The translations under genes were made by a program, and so were the position numbers. The notes under the pieces are model-generated. The model had not been told where the DNA came from. It made no database searches and saw only the letters and a program-made list of their open reading frames with translations. DNA of 64,000 nt from Tubiluchus corallicola. Its lineage: Eukaryota > Animalia > Priapulida. The DNA lies in the NCBI GenBank assembly GCA_030141605.1, contig JAQGDQ010000333.1:62001-126000 (forward strand), given 5' to 3'. Shown here piece by piece: positions 46,013 through 58,425 of this stretch (its first letter is position 1; each line of letters opens with the position of its first letter).

Positions 46013-48829
46013 TTAAAGTAAAATCCCAGTAATTTTCTATTATGTACATAAAACTGCTTATTTGGAAAGAGAAAAAATGAAATCAAATTCCAACATTTTT
46101 ATGCGCAACTACTATCTAGGTAAATTAATAAAACACAGTGATTTGAGCATTCGTGGGGACTTTATCAGCAGAATCTGTGCTCAGCAAACTTTGCTCACGT
46201 ACGGGTTGGGGGGGGGGGTTGATTAACTGTGATCCCACCCCCAAACCCGAACTTTTCCTAAACCCCGCATACCATTCCCGAACATTCAGTCCTGCGCCAA
46301 GCCCAAATTTAGGCTTATAATATCTCAAAAAAAACAAAGCTTACTTCTGGTTTTTGCGACACGTGCCATTTGTCAAGTTATTCATCGCTTAAATATAGCG
46401 ACAACATATTTTGTAACGAGATTACCTCTATTTAATATAAAATGAAATTCAAAATCTTAATATGATTGTCTTTCGGTGGGAAATACTGCGAGAGTACACT
46501 CAGCCACCTGTAAGAATGACTAAGTTACTCTGGTGTCATGTGATTTGCAAACAATGTTGGAAGAATTTGCAAAAATTATGTAAAAGAATGACACAGTCTT
46601 ACAAAAACATTTTGTGTGACTCCTACTATTAGTATCCTTTCTATCTAAAATTCGCCCAGGCACCTAATTCTGGTCAGTCTGTGTGCATTATTATTCTTTT
46701 CAACAAACATTTAAATACATAGTAAAGTTATGTTTACTTTACTCTTACTTAAGTATATAGGAGTATATACTTTACATACCGAAATGCTCCGTGCATAATA
46801 TAGACATCAAATCGAAATGAGGGAATAAACTTACTGCCCACCCTTACATGTCTTCACTGTACATGTGTTTTGGGTGGTATTATCTCTTTAAACCATGTTG
46901 TGTATATATCAATACTGAATAAATAATAAATTGCTACTACTCGACAGCAAACAATTGTCTTATCATTTACAGAATCGTGTGGTAATTAATGCATTTATAC
47001 CTGCCATCCTGCCAGGCAGCATGTGTGGGCAAAATCAGACCCTAAAGTTAAAGCCGACTGAACTAATTTAGTTGTAATTTTCTTATCTCTGTTGGCTGAT
47101 AATTATGTATAAAGATTCGGAGTCGAGAACCCGGATCCTGAACCTTTCTCCCTATCAACCACTTGCTACCGGACGTTGAAAAATTCTAACCTTGAAGTCA
47201 GTTAGTGGCCAAAACCCCTATCTCAAACGAATAATCATGACACAAACCTCGTACCTGCCCAACCTGGAGGTCACAGTATAGTGCTGCCACATGTCACATA
47301 TCTATATTAAATTTAATAAATGTTTACGTGGTGCTTACATAAGGTAAACGAGTTCATTATTAAACTTAACACCCAGCTGTTTATTACAAATGAAAAAGAA
47401 TTTTAACATAAATTTTCCTGCAAAATTATAAATTTGCCTGATCAGTAAAGCACTGCTTTAGGACATTTTTACTTGCTCTAACTCCATAGCTATGGAATAG
47501 CACGTGTATATTATTTGACACCTAACAGAAAAGCCAGCAAACTACTGAAAACCGTACATGGTTTGTGTGTACTGGAAATTTTTGCAAACTTCTCAAGAAA
47601 ATTTAATTTAAGGTTGTCTCAGTTTATTTTGTTCGCACTTTCCTGATGCAAAAATTTCCAGGCGTAAAAAGTTTCCGGCTAGTGGTGGCTAGTAGTTAAA
47701 ATTAGTGGGGGTGCTGCTTCAGATAATTTTAGCCATTGTTTTAATACTGTGTAAAACAAAACAAAAACATATGTAATTTTAATGTTGTTGTTTGTAGTTG
47801 TAATTTTGAATAAAAATTTATACATCTGAACATTTACACAAAAACTTGATAAAATCCTACACAAAAATTTTTTTGCTTATGAATAACCTAAATTACCGCA
47901 GTTCAAGAATATGCCGGTCATGATTTTTAAGACGTGACAACTGACCACAAACTGTGTGAGCAACCATAGTACTTTCTCTACCTAGCAGCAGATGTTAGCA
48001 GTACAGTGTGCAGAGTGTTAACTCAGACTCAGACATGTGCGCACGGCCACATGTATACAACAGCAAAACGCACCGCTGTGCTGGGCTTTGGAGCACACAA
48101 TACTACTCTCACGTGCATAGGGTTCCGTACAAGTTTAAAGAAAGAACTAAAGAAAAAAGACTTATTATATCGAATATTATCAATAATACTAAATAAAAAT
48201 AGGGGGTGCTGGAGTTCCGCTGTACTTATACACTCGTAAGCCACCATTGAGCAACATGTCAGTTTTACTTGACGATAAGCGTTCAGTTTATGAAACCACG
48301 AAACACTGGATAATGCTAATACAGTTAGCAGTGCCAGCAGCAGCGTTAGTCATTGGCTAATGAAAGGCACCACATACTTTTGTTATGTAATTACTGAAGG
48401 TACTACTCATAGTACACTATTACATGCCCATTTATGTAATGGTATGGGTGTTTAGATTCTTGCATAAGCTGGTAAATACTGGAAACCACAAATTTCTATC
48501 ATCTTTGACCTATATAATTCACCTGGAATGGTTCGTCAGGTTCGTCACGAAAATACCACTTTGCAAACAAGACTATAAAATCCACTGTATAAAAATTTCG
48601 CTCCCACTTTTTTCTGGTTTATGTTATACTTTTACCAAGAAGGAGTTGCAAAGAGAAGAAAAATAAACTGTGGTTTCTTTAATAATAACTATCCAAGATA
48701 AACTGCTCGTTAGCATTGATACATGCTCAAAGTGAAAGTTTTCTACTTAAAATGACTTTTTTAAGAAGCATAACTTATCAGTAAATTTACACACTTCAAA
48801 GTATATATTATTAAAACAACACAACTTTT

Positions 48830-49375
48830 ACTACAAATTTTAATTTACAATTGTTTACAAGCATGTCCAAAAGTTTCGACAGCAATCAGCTGTCAGCACC
48901 AGTGGTACATTATACAAATGACAAACCAGTTTAAATAAGCAGAACCTACAGTATAGAAACTTAAGCGCTAATTTTGTATTTACAAAGAGGCCAAAGTAAT
49001 GAATAAACATAAGAAATAGATACAGCTACAGATTTCTAAGTGTTTGAAAATAAAGTTGATGGAATTGAACTACTTTCCACATTAAGAGCCGGTTTATTAG
49101 GGTACAAAGATAAAATTTCTTTTATTAATAAGTCCCAATTATTTGTAGTTCTGGTCACAATGCTGAAATTATTACAATCATTCTTTGTAATTAAAGCTAG
49201 TTTGAGGAGAATTTTTTTAATTTCTTGCCAGTTCTAGACAAAATACTTAGATGTTTGTGATGTTAAACTGGTTGTTGTTTGTATAATGTACCACTGATGA
49301 TGAAAGCTGATTTCTATCGAAATGTTTGGACATGTTTTTTTTAAAAGTTGTAAATTAAAGTTTCTAATTGTGTTG
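48830..49375 (-). mobile_element. Penelope-like element 3' fragment (GIY-YIG end and pseudo-LTR) with an inverted pseudo-LTR copy at ~49262-49375
   Basis: Reverse complement of 52870-53065 plus 53600-53830; minus-strand NNWDLLIKE..KPALNV; pseudo-LTR in both orientations. Confidence 0.75.
49286..49333 (+). ncRNA. Minimal type I hammerhead ribozyme motif in a Penelope pseudo-LTR (degenerate; related copies at 48863-48910 minus and 53733-53777 plus)
   Basis: AUGUaCCA CUGAUGA U stem II GAAA UG UU UGGACAU; stem I CCA/UGG plus AUGU/ACAU; stem II is perfect (GACAGC/GCUGUC) in the 48863-48910 copy. Confidence 0.65.
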
Positions 49376-51534
49376 TTGTTGTTGTGTTGTTTAAATAATA
49401 AATGCTTTCAAGTGCCTGAATAAATTATCATGCTATGCAACGTTACGAAATTAGTGTTGTGAAATGGAAAAAAGCAAATGTTGTGAAATGTCCAGAAGCA
49501 CAAAACTAGTCATTAAATTGGGGAATATCACCAAAATTAAGTTGGGCTTGACTAACTCGCGATTATATTGCGAATACGAATACGTAGCCCCCATTCTTCA
49601 CGAAAATTTCATGTTTAAGTATCTTTGGCAAAAGTTTGGATAAAATTGTACACAAAATGACCATTTGACCAGGCTGCCATTGAGCATGAACGAACCTGCG
49701 CCCACGCCTGTGATGGCGAAAATTGCCGTATTTCAGACGAAACTTGGCAAAAGTCCCAAGGGGAGAATGAGTATGCACAACACTGTTTGAGCATTTGTTT
49801 ACATCGGCAAGCAGCGTCAGCATACGCAGTTTATACTTAGTGACGGTATCATGGTAAAGGTTAGCTTATTGTGGATTGAATGCGTGATTTGCTCGGTTTC
49901 GTTCATCGTGATTGTTCTTATTGAAAAACAGCCGTGGAATGTGTTACACTAGGATTCAGCAATTAGACGTGATGCAGCCATCACACGGAAAGTGTCGGAA
50001 TATGAAGCCAAAACATAAAAACTTTTAGTTTGCAATAAGCGACAGAAAGTTATTGGAGCAATGAAAGCACAATCTACACAATCTAAAAAAGCTGGATTCA
50101 CGTCTACAAACTGTGTGATAATTTCTCGGCTGTTTGCTTTGAAACATGAGTTTAGGAACATGATGAACTCTAGTATTAAAAATACTGTGCTTACACTTCG
50201 GGCAGATTTAGTCAGATGCAGTTTTTGATAGTGTCTTTTTCAATTTGTTTCATTTTAACCCCAAGTGCATAGTTTATCGATGCAGTTTAGTCATCTCGAG
50301 ATTTGTATCCATTTCAAAAAAATATCACAATTACATTACGTAATGCAATTTTTTGCGCTAAAATTTTATTGATGATGCTTCTCCCTGAATTTTGAATAGT
50401 AACTAAAGAAAAAAATATTGTAAGTCGTAAATTGACAGCTGTAAAATTGTTAATCCTGACACCATAAACAATGACTCCAGCATATTTGGTAATTTGTGTA
50501 GTACAAAGAGTGTTGTACTAGATTATTTTATACTACATATACTTTTTTCAACATTGTAATAGAGTGAGTGTCAGAATAACTTTGCTTGATATAACACAAT
50601 AAATAATTATTTTGTCATTGAACCACATTATATCGTTAGTTTTTTTATTTTGTAAAAGTGGATAATAACATGTTAATAATAAATGTATTATTATCATTCA
50701 TTTTCATTTCAGTCCAAAAAAAAACAAAAGCTAATGAACAACAGTTAACATTCTGGCTGATATTAAAAGTCTTAGCGATTTAACTGACTGAAACACGGCA
50801 AAGTTAAAAATGTTCATATATATTTAATCAATAATTCTACAGCTCATATGTTATAGTCTCTGTTTCCATGGGGTTCTTGTCAGGACTGATAAAACGAAGC
50901 TGTCACTAAAAATTGTCACACTATAATTCATTGAGTTTTTCTGGGTTTACAAATTCATTAATTCTTCTAGCAGAAGGAAGTTACTTTATCGGAACTTGCA
51001 GCTTGTATTGCTGATGATGTTTTCCATTTATGCCACAGGAATTTTCACAATATGCTGTAGGCCAGTCTACTTTTGTGCAATGATTGTTTACACATCTATT
51101 AGAATATACTATAATGGACCTATAACTTTCGATGGTAGTAAAACAACGCTTTTGTTGAATTTGATGAAAACATGTGAATGAGCCGCGCAAGGACAATCAT
51201 CTGTAAAAGGTGACTACCTATCAAACCCAAGGTTAAATACTGTAATGTAGTAATAACAACTTTATTTTTAGTATAGTTGTGTACCACAGTATCACAACAA
51301 GCTGCGGTTACACTCTGCTACGTCATCAACAGAGTTGCGCTAGTTCAATTTTTTCACCGGGAGAGGCGTAAGTGCAGCTCCATGGCATTTCCCGCGAGAT
51401 ACAAAAAAAGTTAATTACTCATTAATTAGACAACGTACTGCTAAATTTTTTTTGCCAAATTGTTCACTGGGAAAGCAACTATAAAATAAGTTTAACTTCA
51501 TTTTCATGATATTCAACCTTTAATGTCTTAGATT

Positions 51535-53830
51535 GAGAATATTTTTTTTTATTTTTGGCCAGTTCTAGGAGAAATACTCAGATGTTCACTTATTCTTACT
51601 TTAAAGTGTCTGGATGTTTTGCCATTGCAGCTGCTATACTGAAATCTGTAAATAATACCACATCATAAGAATGAGGGTATTTTGTCTTTAAATAGGAAGA
51701 AACAGCCTAAACTGTTGCCAGATTTTAACACAATGCATAAATGAATATGGGGGTACAGCTGCTTGACAATATGACAGACATACATTTTCCAGTTGCAAAG
51801 ACTGAGGACCAGTAAACTGTATTTTGATTTTTTTTTGGAAAAAACTATCAAGATATTTTTTGATGGTTAAGTCAATTAACCACATTGGAAACCTGTTAGA
51901 ATTTAAAAAACTTTTAAAGTCTTAACTTCTTCATGAAATACAAAATGATCTATGTACTAGGGTTTGGATGAAATTGCATTTGGACTGTTTGCAACTGAAA
52001 GATTCAAAACCAGTGCACAGACCAGCAAAAGTGTTCTTTCTAAAAACAGGTGTAGGGAATCTATCCTGATCATGGTGAAGCAGTATGTCTAAAGTGTTGG
52101 GATGGGCTTACCACTAGGACCTACTTTTGTGAAAAAATTTAGCTAAACAATTGTCCTAAAGAATATAAACCAGGGTTTTATTAACACCATAAACTTTTTA
52201 CTGTTCAAATCTATAAATCACATACCTTTGTTTGTAGATTATATAAACTCACGTCACCATTGCAACAAGTTTACTTGTGATATCGAAAATAATAGTTCTT
52301 TGTTCTTTTTAGACAATACTGCTTCATCATGATCAAGATAAAATCTCTACATCAGTTTTTAGAAAGAACACGTTTGGTGGTCTGTATGCTGATTTTGAAT
52401 CTTTCTTTTGCAAACAGTTCAAATTCAATCTTATTCTTCAAACTCTAGTGTAGTGCAATTTGTATTTCATCAGCCTGTCACAAGTTTCAGGAAGGAGTTA
52501 ATACTATAAAAAGTTTTGTTTAATTTCTAACAGATTTCCAATGACTTAACCACCAAAAATGTTTTGATAAAGTTTTTTTTCCAAAAGGAAATCACCATAC
52601 AATCTAAAAAAACAGTGTATTTACCCATATAGTTTATTGGTCCTCAGTCTTTGCAAGTGGAAAACAAAATCTGTCACATTGTTAAGCAACTGCATCTCTA
52701 TATTCAGTTATGCATTGTGTCAAACTCTGACAACAGTTTAGGGGCTTTTTCTTCTCATTTGAAATCAAAATACCCTTAGTCTGCTAATATTTCGGGGTAA
52801 GAGATTTCATTATAACAGGTGCAATGGCAAAACATCTAGACACTTTAAAGTAAAAAACATGTGAACATACGAATATTTCTTCTAGAACTAGCAAAAAAAT
52901 AAAATATTTTCGTAAATCTAGCATTAATGACCATATTTGTGCTTCTGGACACAAAGCTGATTTTAATAATTTCATCACTGTGACCAAAGCTACAAATAAC
53001 TGGGACTTATTAATAAAAGAAAGATTATCTAAGTATCCTAATAAGCCCTCTTAATGTGCAAAGTACAGTAGTACCTCGAGATACGAAATTAATTTGTTCC
53101 GGAGGGGCTTTCGTATCTTAGAATTTTCGTATTATGAGACAAGATTTACCCTATAAATGGCGTAATCCCCCCCCCCCCCAAAACAGTCGTATAAAGTGTA
53201 AACATTATACCCAACCAAAAGAAATATGTTTGTTAATGATCGTCGTTTTGCTCATAATCCCTTGCGATAGCACTTAAACTCATGCCACTTTCATATTTAG
53301 CTATAATTTCAAGCTTTGTTTCCATTGATATCATTCTTTTCTTCTTATATCACTACCACTGGCACTTGCTTTTTTCGGACCCATTGTTATTGAATGCGTT
53401 CTCGTGAGATTAGAGCACAACAAAGTGTTCTTGTGATGCTACGAAATGCATTTTGAGAGGACCACTGTCGGGCGGCACTTTTGATTTTTGTTTTTGTATC
53501 TTGAATAATTTTTCGTTAAATGGAACGGAACTGTCTTCCACTCGTATTCTGAATTTTTCGTATAATAGGGTTTTCGTAAGTTGAGGTTCACGAGCACTTA
53601 GCTACCCGTTACTCTATCTATTTCTATTTTACAAGTCTATTCATTACTTTGGCCTCTTTGGAAATACATAATTAGTGCATAATTTTCTATACTGCAGGTT
53701 CTGCCGATTTAAACTGGTTTCTTGTTTGTATAGTGTACCACCAATGACAGCTGATTGATGTCGAAACATTTCGACATTTTTAAAGTTGTTAATAATTAAA
53801 ATTAAATTAAAGAAACAGTAAATTAAAGTT
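51535..53830. mobile_element. Penelope-like (RT plus GIY-YIG) remnants in inverted arrangement: minus arm 51535-~52080, plus arm ~52085-53830
   Basis: Plus arm: GMGLPLGPTF (52101), STSVFRKNTFGGLY, IGPQSLQ, KTSRHFKV..CEH, NNWDLLIKE; 51535-52070 is the reverse complement of ~52325-52915. Confidence 0.8.
53066..53592. mobile_element. Tigger/pogo-like MITE inserted in the Penelope plus arm
   Basis: TA|CAGTAGTACCTCGAGATACGAA left end; degenerate right end TTCGTAAGTTGAGGTTCAC; Penelope homology resumes afterwards. Confidence 0.7.
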
Positions 53831-54476
53831 TATCATTTATAATTCTTGCTATTTTAAGAAGGAATTACCCCCTGACTACACCTTATTAACTGTCAGCTCA
53901 ATAGCACCACAGGAAACTGTAATACGTTGTACTCTTATCACTAGATAGTGGTTTATGCCTAGAAGACTGTGTGCCATTCCACATTGCAGTGCAACTTTGC
54001 TTAACTCTGGACTTGTATAATAATAATGCAGAAATTTTAGCACATTATATTGGTGTAAATGACTTTGTTCAGTCAGTCCACCCTTGATTAGAAAACTGTG
54101 TGGCGCATAGGAAAGTGGTTAATGCATGGTAAGAGTGTCTAATTACTTACTCAACTAGCTGACTATTTTATAAAATAGATTGTGATAATGTTTGAGACAT
54201 ATTCCTTGAAGTTTTGAGAAAAAAAAGATGGTGAGACTGGGATTTCACTTTAAAACTTTATTTTTATCTTTTAAGCCATAAGATGGAAGCCCACCTATTT
54301 ATTTGAAGTATATGATTTGATTGCTGAATATAAGCCAACTCATTTTCTCAGATCTTCTAGCACTTACTTTCTTGTGGTGCTAGATACAAAACTAAAACAA
54401 AACAAAAGTAGGAACAACAGCATTCTCTTACACCGCACAGAATTTGTGGCAAGGTCTATAACTTGATAAGATATCA

Positions 54477-54630
54477 ATTTCAATATTTCTCAATTTTGCT
54501 AGTAACGGTTTGTAAATTTCAAATATTTTTAGATATAATGTTTTGTAGAAAAGATGTAAATTTCGATATTTCTCAATCTTGCTAGTAACAGTTTGCGAAT
54601 TTCAAATATTTTTAGATACAATTTTTGGAG
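54477..54630 (+). repeat. Tandem duplication (~82-bp period)
   Basis: AATTTC.ATATTTCTCAAT.TTGCTAGTAAC.GTTTG..AATTTCAAATATTTTTAGATA at 54477 and 54559. Confidence 0.85.
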
Positions 54631-54785
54631 AACTTGTCAGTTTTTTTCTCATTGTGTCATGCAAAGACTATAAGAAAATTGTATTATAGGCAGTGAGCTT
54701 TATAAATTAACGAACAAACTTATTGATAATTACTGGACCATTTAGTCTGTCGAGGTGAAATTTATACTCAGAAAAACTATATTAC

Positions 54786-54893
54786 CTTAAAGTTAACACC
54801 ACCTTCACCAGGCTCATCGGTGAAAAACTGCTCCATTCTTAAGCCATAATCATAGGCACAAGTTACATGGAAGGCTACCTTACACGACTTTAC
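54786..54893 (-). CDS. JADE: JADE exon (VKSCKVAFHVTCAYDYGL..)
   Basis: ttacag|GTA ... AAG|gtaat; 108 bp, phase 0-0. Confidence 0.92.
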
Positions 54894-55790
54894 CTGTAAG
54901 AAAATATAAAATTACTTCAAGAATGTAGAAATTAGATAGTCTGAAGCTACTGGCACTTTTGTTTAGAAACTTGTTTTTGCACATTTACACTATGACGTTT
55001 CCACAAGATAAAAAAAACAAAATTCGAGACCTTAGGAACTTATTTACTATACTATAAAATTACTTTCAAGACTAGCCTTCGAGCAAATAAAAAAAGTACG
55101 AGTTTATAACTTTCACGTACCATCGCAACACAATCATTTTCCCAAATGCAGCAAAAAAATAACATTCACATATCATTATAAATAATACAATGTTGTAACA
55201 ATTTAGCAGAAATTATTAATGCAGCAATAAAATAGCTAGTTAAATACGAAAATCACACAAAATCTGTAAGATATATCATACAATGACTAGTCAAAATTTA
55301 CAAATCATTTTGCTGTACTTGCTGTACCGTGCAATAAATTAAAAAAAGTTAAGTGGAACAGTCAAATTATTTAACAAGTACTGCTAGTTTACCTAGTTGG
55401 TATAAGCATGAGCTGCAAAAGTTCAGGTAATAAGAATCAAAATTGCACATTACAGGTCATCATAACTCCACCACCTATACTTGTTGCCATTTTTTGTTTA
55501 ATCTATTTCATACACTTTAGATGAGAATTGCATAAGTTATTAAAATTAGTGTTACAAGATTGAGTCAGAGTTCTGTAAGTGATTACCGTAAATCTTCTAT
55601 TTGTTATCACAGTTTTACGTACCCATCAAAAGAAGAGTTACAAAATAAAATTTAGTAACAAAACAGTTGTTACACTACTATCTAATTGTTAATCATTGTG
55701 TTCAAACCATTGTCACATTATTATAGTATCACTTTTCACTAACAAGCATGAAATATTATTCTGAATCCCTTCAAAATATGCCAACCACCG

Positions 55791-56439
55791 TATGTGATCG
55801 TGCATGCAAAACCATCCATAGTACACAAGGTATCAATTTTTAGTTATTCTTATTCTTATTCTCCTGCTCACGCTGATCATTTTGGTATCAGTTTTAGCTC
55901 TCTACCTTGTTACTGAGCTGAGATATTGACATTCATAGTTGAGCGGATGGTGGAAAAATCGAAACTAAACTTGGGAGAAAGGGCATTCGCGATCTCACGA
56001 ATCTTATTGGGTCAAATGCTTGCAACAGCAAAATTTAATGAATTTGTTTATGCATTTGCTACAGCATTTCTATAGGAACAGCAGTTTACAAACTAATTCA
56101 ATAGATAACTTTGGTAGCCTACAGCATGCCAATCATAATTAGAAAAAACAAGTTTGAAATCGTGATCGGTACGCAGAGTGTACCAATTGAAGTAACGCCG
56201 ATTTTTTCCTGCAGTACAAACATCCGAAATGGTAAGGGTGTATTTTTTTTATTAATTTTTCTAATAAAAACTAATATTTTAGGCAAAATAACAATACAGC
56301 ATGATAGCAAAATAGCCTTAGATTAGAAAAAAAACAAAATCCGAAGATTGATAAAAATTGACAATTCTGACTTTTTTGACTTCTAGCTCTATAAATAAAT
56401 TAGTGCACTATGGACGGTTTTGCTATGCACGGTCACACA
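55791..56439. mobile_element. MITE with ~36-bp TIRs
   Basis: TATGTGATCGTGCATGCAAAACCATCCATAGTACAC matches the reverse complement of GTGCACTATGGACGGTTTTGCTATGCACGGTCACACA. Confidence 0.8.
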
Positions 56440-57179
56440 TATTGGTCATGATAGTCACACTTTGTTTAGGCAAGTTTTGAAAGAAACAGTTTTACCACAA
56501 ACTAAAAGCATTTATATGGTTAATATAGCCGTTAATGTATGATTACTGTCAGAAAGCAACGAGTAGATTGTGGGCAGATTATGAGAGATATTTTCAGCAT
56601 CTACATTTAGGTGTTTGGTTAAAACTGGAATTTCCAAATAAACGATTGACCACTTTTTTACTTGTTCCACGAAACTACTTTTGGAATCTGTGGACTATGA
56701 AATCCATTATGACCAGTTTTTAATCAACGTATTTTTTTATTTATAATGTATTATTATGAGAACACAAGGTTCAATGTAAGAAATCTATAAATTTACGTAT
56801 CTTATAGGATATCTATCCATCAAAAAATGGATGATCAATAGGAACAATAAGCTGCCATTTAAGGTAATAAAGAATACTGTTTTTAAATTGCCTAGCTTTG
56901 AGCTAATGCAGTATTCATTGATAATATTTTTGTCAAATTATTGTAATTTCTTTTATGCATGTATTATTCATGGGACAACTAGACTCCTAACAGCAGGAGC
57001 ATTATTTACATCGAAACTGAAAGTAGCTAAATTATAAACAACTGCAATCATATGCAATATACAATGCACAACAAAATTGTTAAACTTCTTGGACATTAAG
57101 CAAAATGCAGCCATGCCAGGGGTAACTTGCTCTAATTCAAAACATTTGAATAATCATGAGTAGATAAAAATGCTCTTAC

Positions 57180-57351
57180 CGTGCATTGAATGCAAGCTCC
57201 TATTTTTTCTCTGCACACACAACAAATCAGATCCCACCGACTTGTGGGAATAGCCGAAATGTTAGCAATGGGTTCCATAGTGTCCGGGCAGACAATCTTC
57301 ACCTCAGGGATCCAGAGGGCGCAGCTCACGTGAGCCCACTTTGCACCACTT
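57180..57351 (-). CDS. JADE: JADE exon ([24 protein letters not shown])
   Basis: tttag|A ... ACG|gtaaga; 172 bp, phase 2-0. Confidence 0.95.
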
Positions 57352-57664
57352 CTAAATACAATTGCATGATTTCGAACCATTAAGATTTTAGTTACCATTA
57401 TGTTAAGTTATTTTGTGTGTCTAGCATTTACTTATTTTTAACAAATTCCATAATTTATTTGTGGAAGTATTTGCCAGACCAGTTTATCAATTTTACATTT
57501 TAGGAGTAAACAGTTATAACCAAAAGTTTCTAGTTGGTTTAACACTGTAAATGTTAAGAGAAGAATGAAAAATAAAAATGGACGTATTCACCAGGAACTT
57601 TTGAAAACTCTTTGCCTAAAACTAATAATGTATATAACTAAAACACATCTTAATGAATACTCAC

Positions 57665-57846
57665 TTTGTGGCCTTCATCGCTCCTCCTTTGACTGGACAG
57701 AATAAACAAGATGGCCGTATACGAAGAGCACAAGTGCAACAAAGCCAGTCTCCCTCAGGTATGGTTTGAATACCATAACAAGCTTGATGCACGCAGATAT
57801 CACACCCATCACAGAAAACAATCTCATTACCTTCTTCACTGTCAGG
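57665..57846 (-). CDS. JADE: JADE exon (PHD1: [33 protein letters not shown])
   Basis: atgtag|CCT ... AA|gtgagt; 182 bp, phase 0-2. Confidence 0.95.
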
Positions 57847-58276
57847 CTACATGACAAACAGAAAGCTATTTGGTTAGTTCATCCAGTGAGACGACACATA
57901 AGCTACCAAGTTGACGAGAAAAATCTAATTTACAAAATTTAAAACAAAAGTATTATAGTTGATTTTCTAGATATCAACACAGCTATCTACTAGACTTTTT
58001 ATATATCAATTTCAGGCTTTACATAAAATGACTAATAATTACTTAGTTACTGTTTAGCAGGCTAATATCAAACAATTATTTCACATATAAATCACTTACC
58101 CATGACATACTTAACGAAATTTTTACCCATCTTTACAAATTTTTTATCTTCTGAATCTTATTGTGAATATTAGTTAAAATATTAAGATTACATTATGTAT
58201 GCATTTAACAGTTACAGAAAACCCTTAGGTTGCTTGCAATTCAGCTTCAAGTTTCAAAATTTGCCAAAATACTCAC

Positions 58277-58425
58277 AGATTTGCAGACGTCACATTTTGT
58301 GGCTTCATCAAACTCTATTCCAAGTCCTTCTCCTAATCTAAGAGCACGCTGTATTGACACATGTGACTGAGTTTCTAATTCATCAATAATTATTTCCATC
58401 ATTTCTTCAGAAATTGGCTGCAAGT
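58277..58425 (-). CDS. JADE: JADE exon (LQPISEEMME..GLGIEFDEATKCDVCKS)
   Basis: tttcag|AC ... TCT|gtgagt; 149 bp, phase 1-0. Confidence 0.93.
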
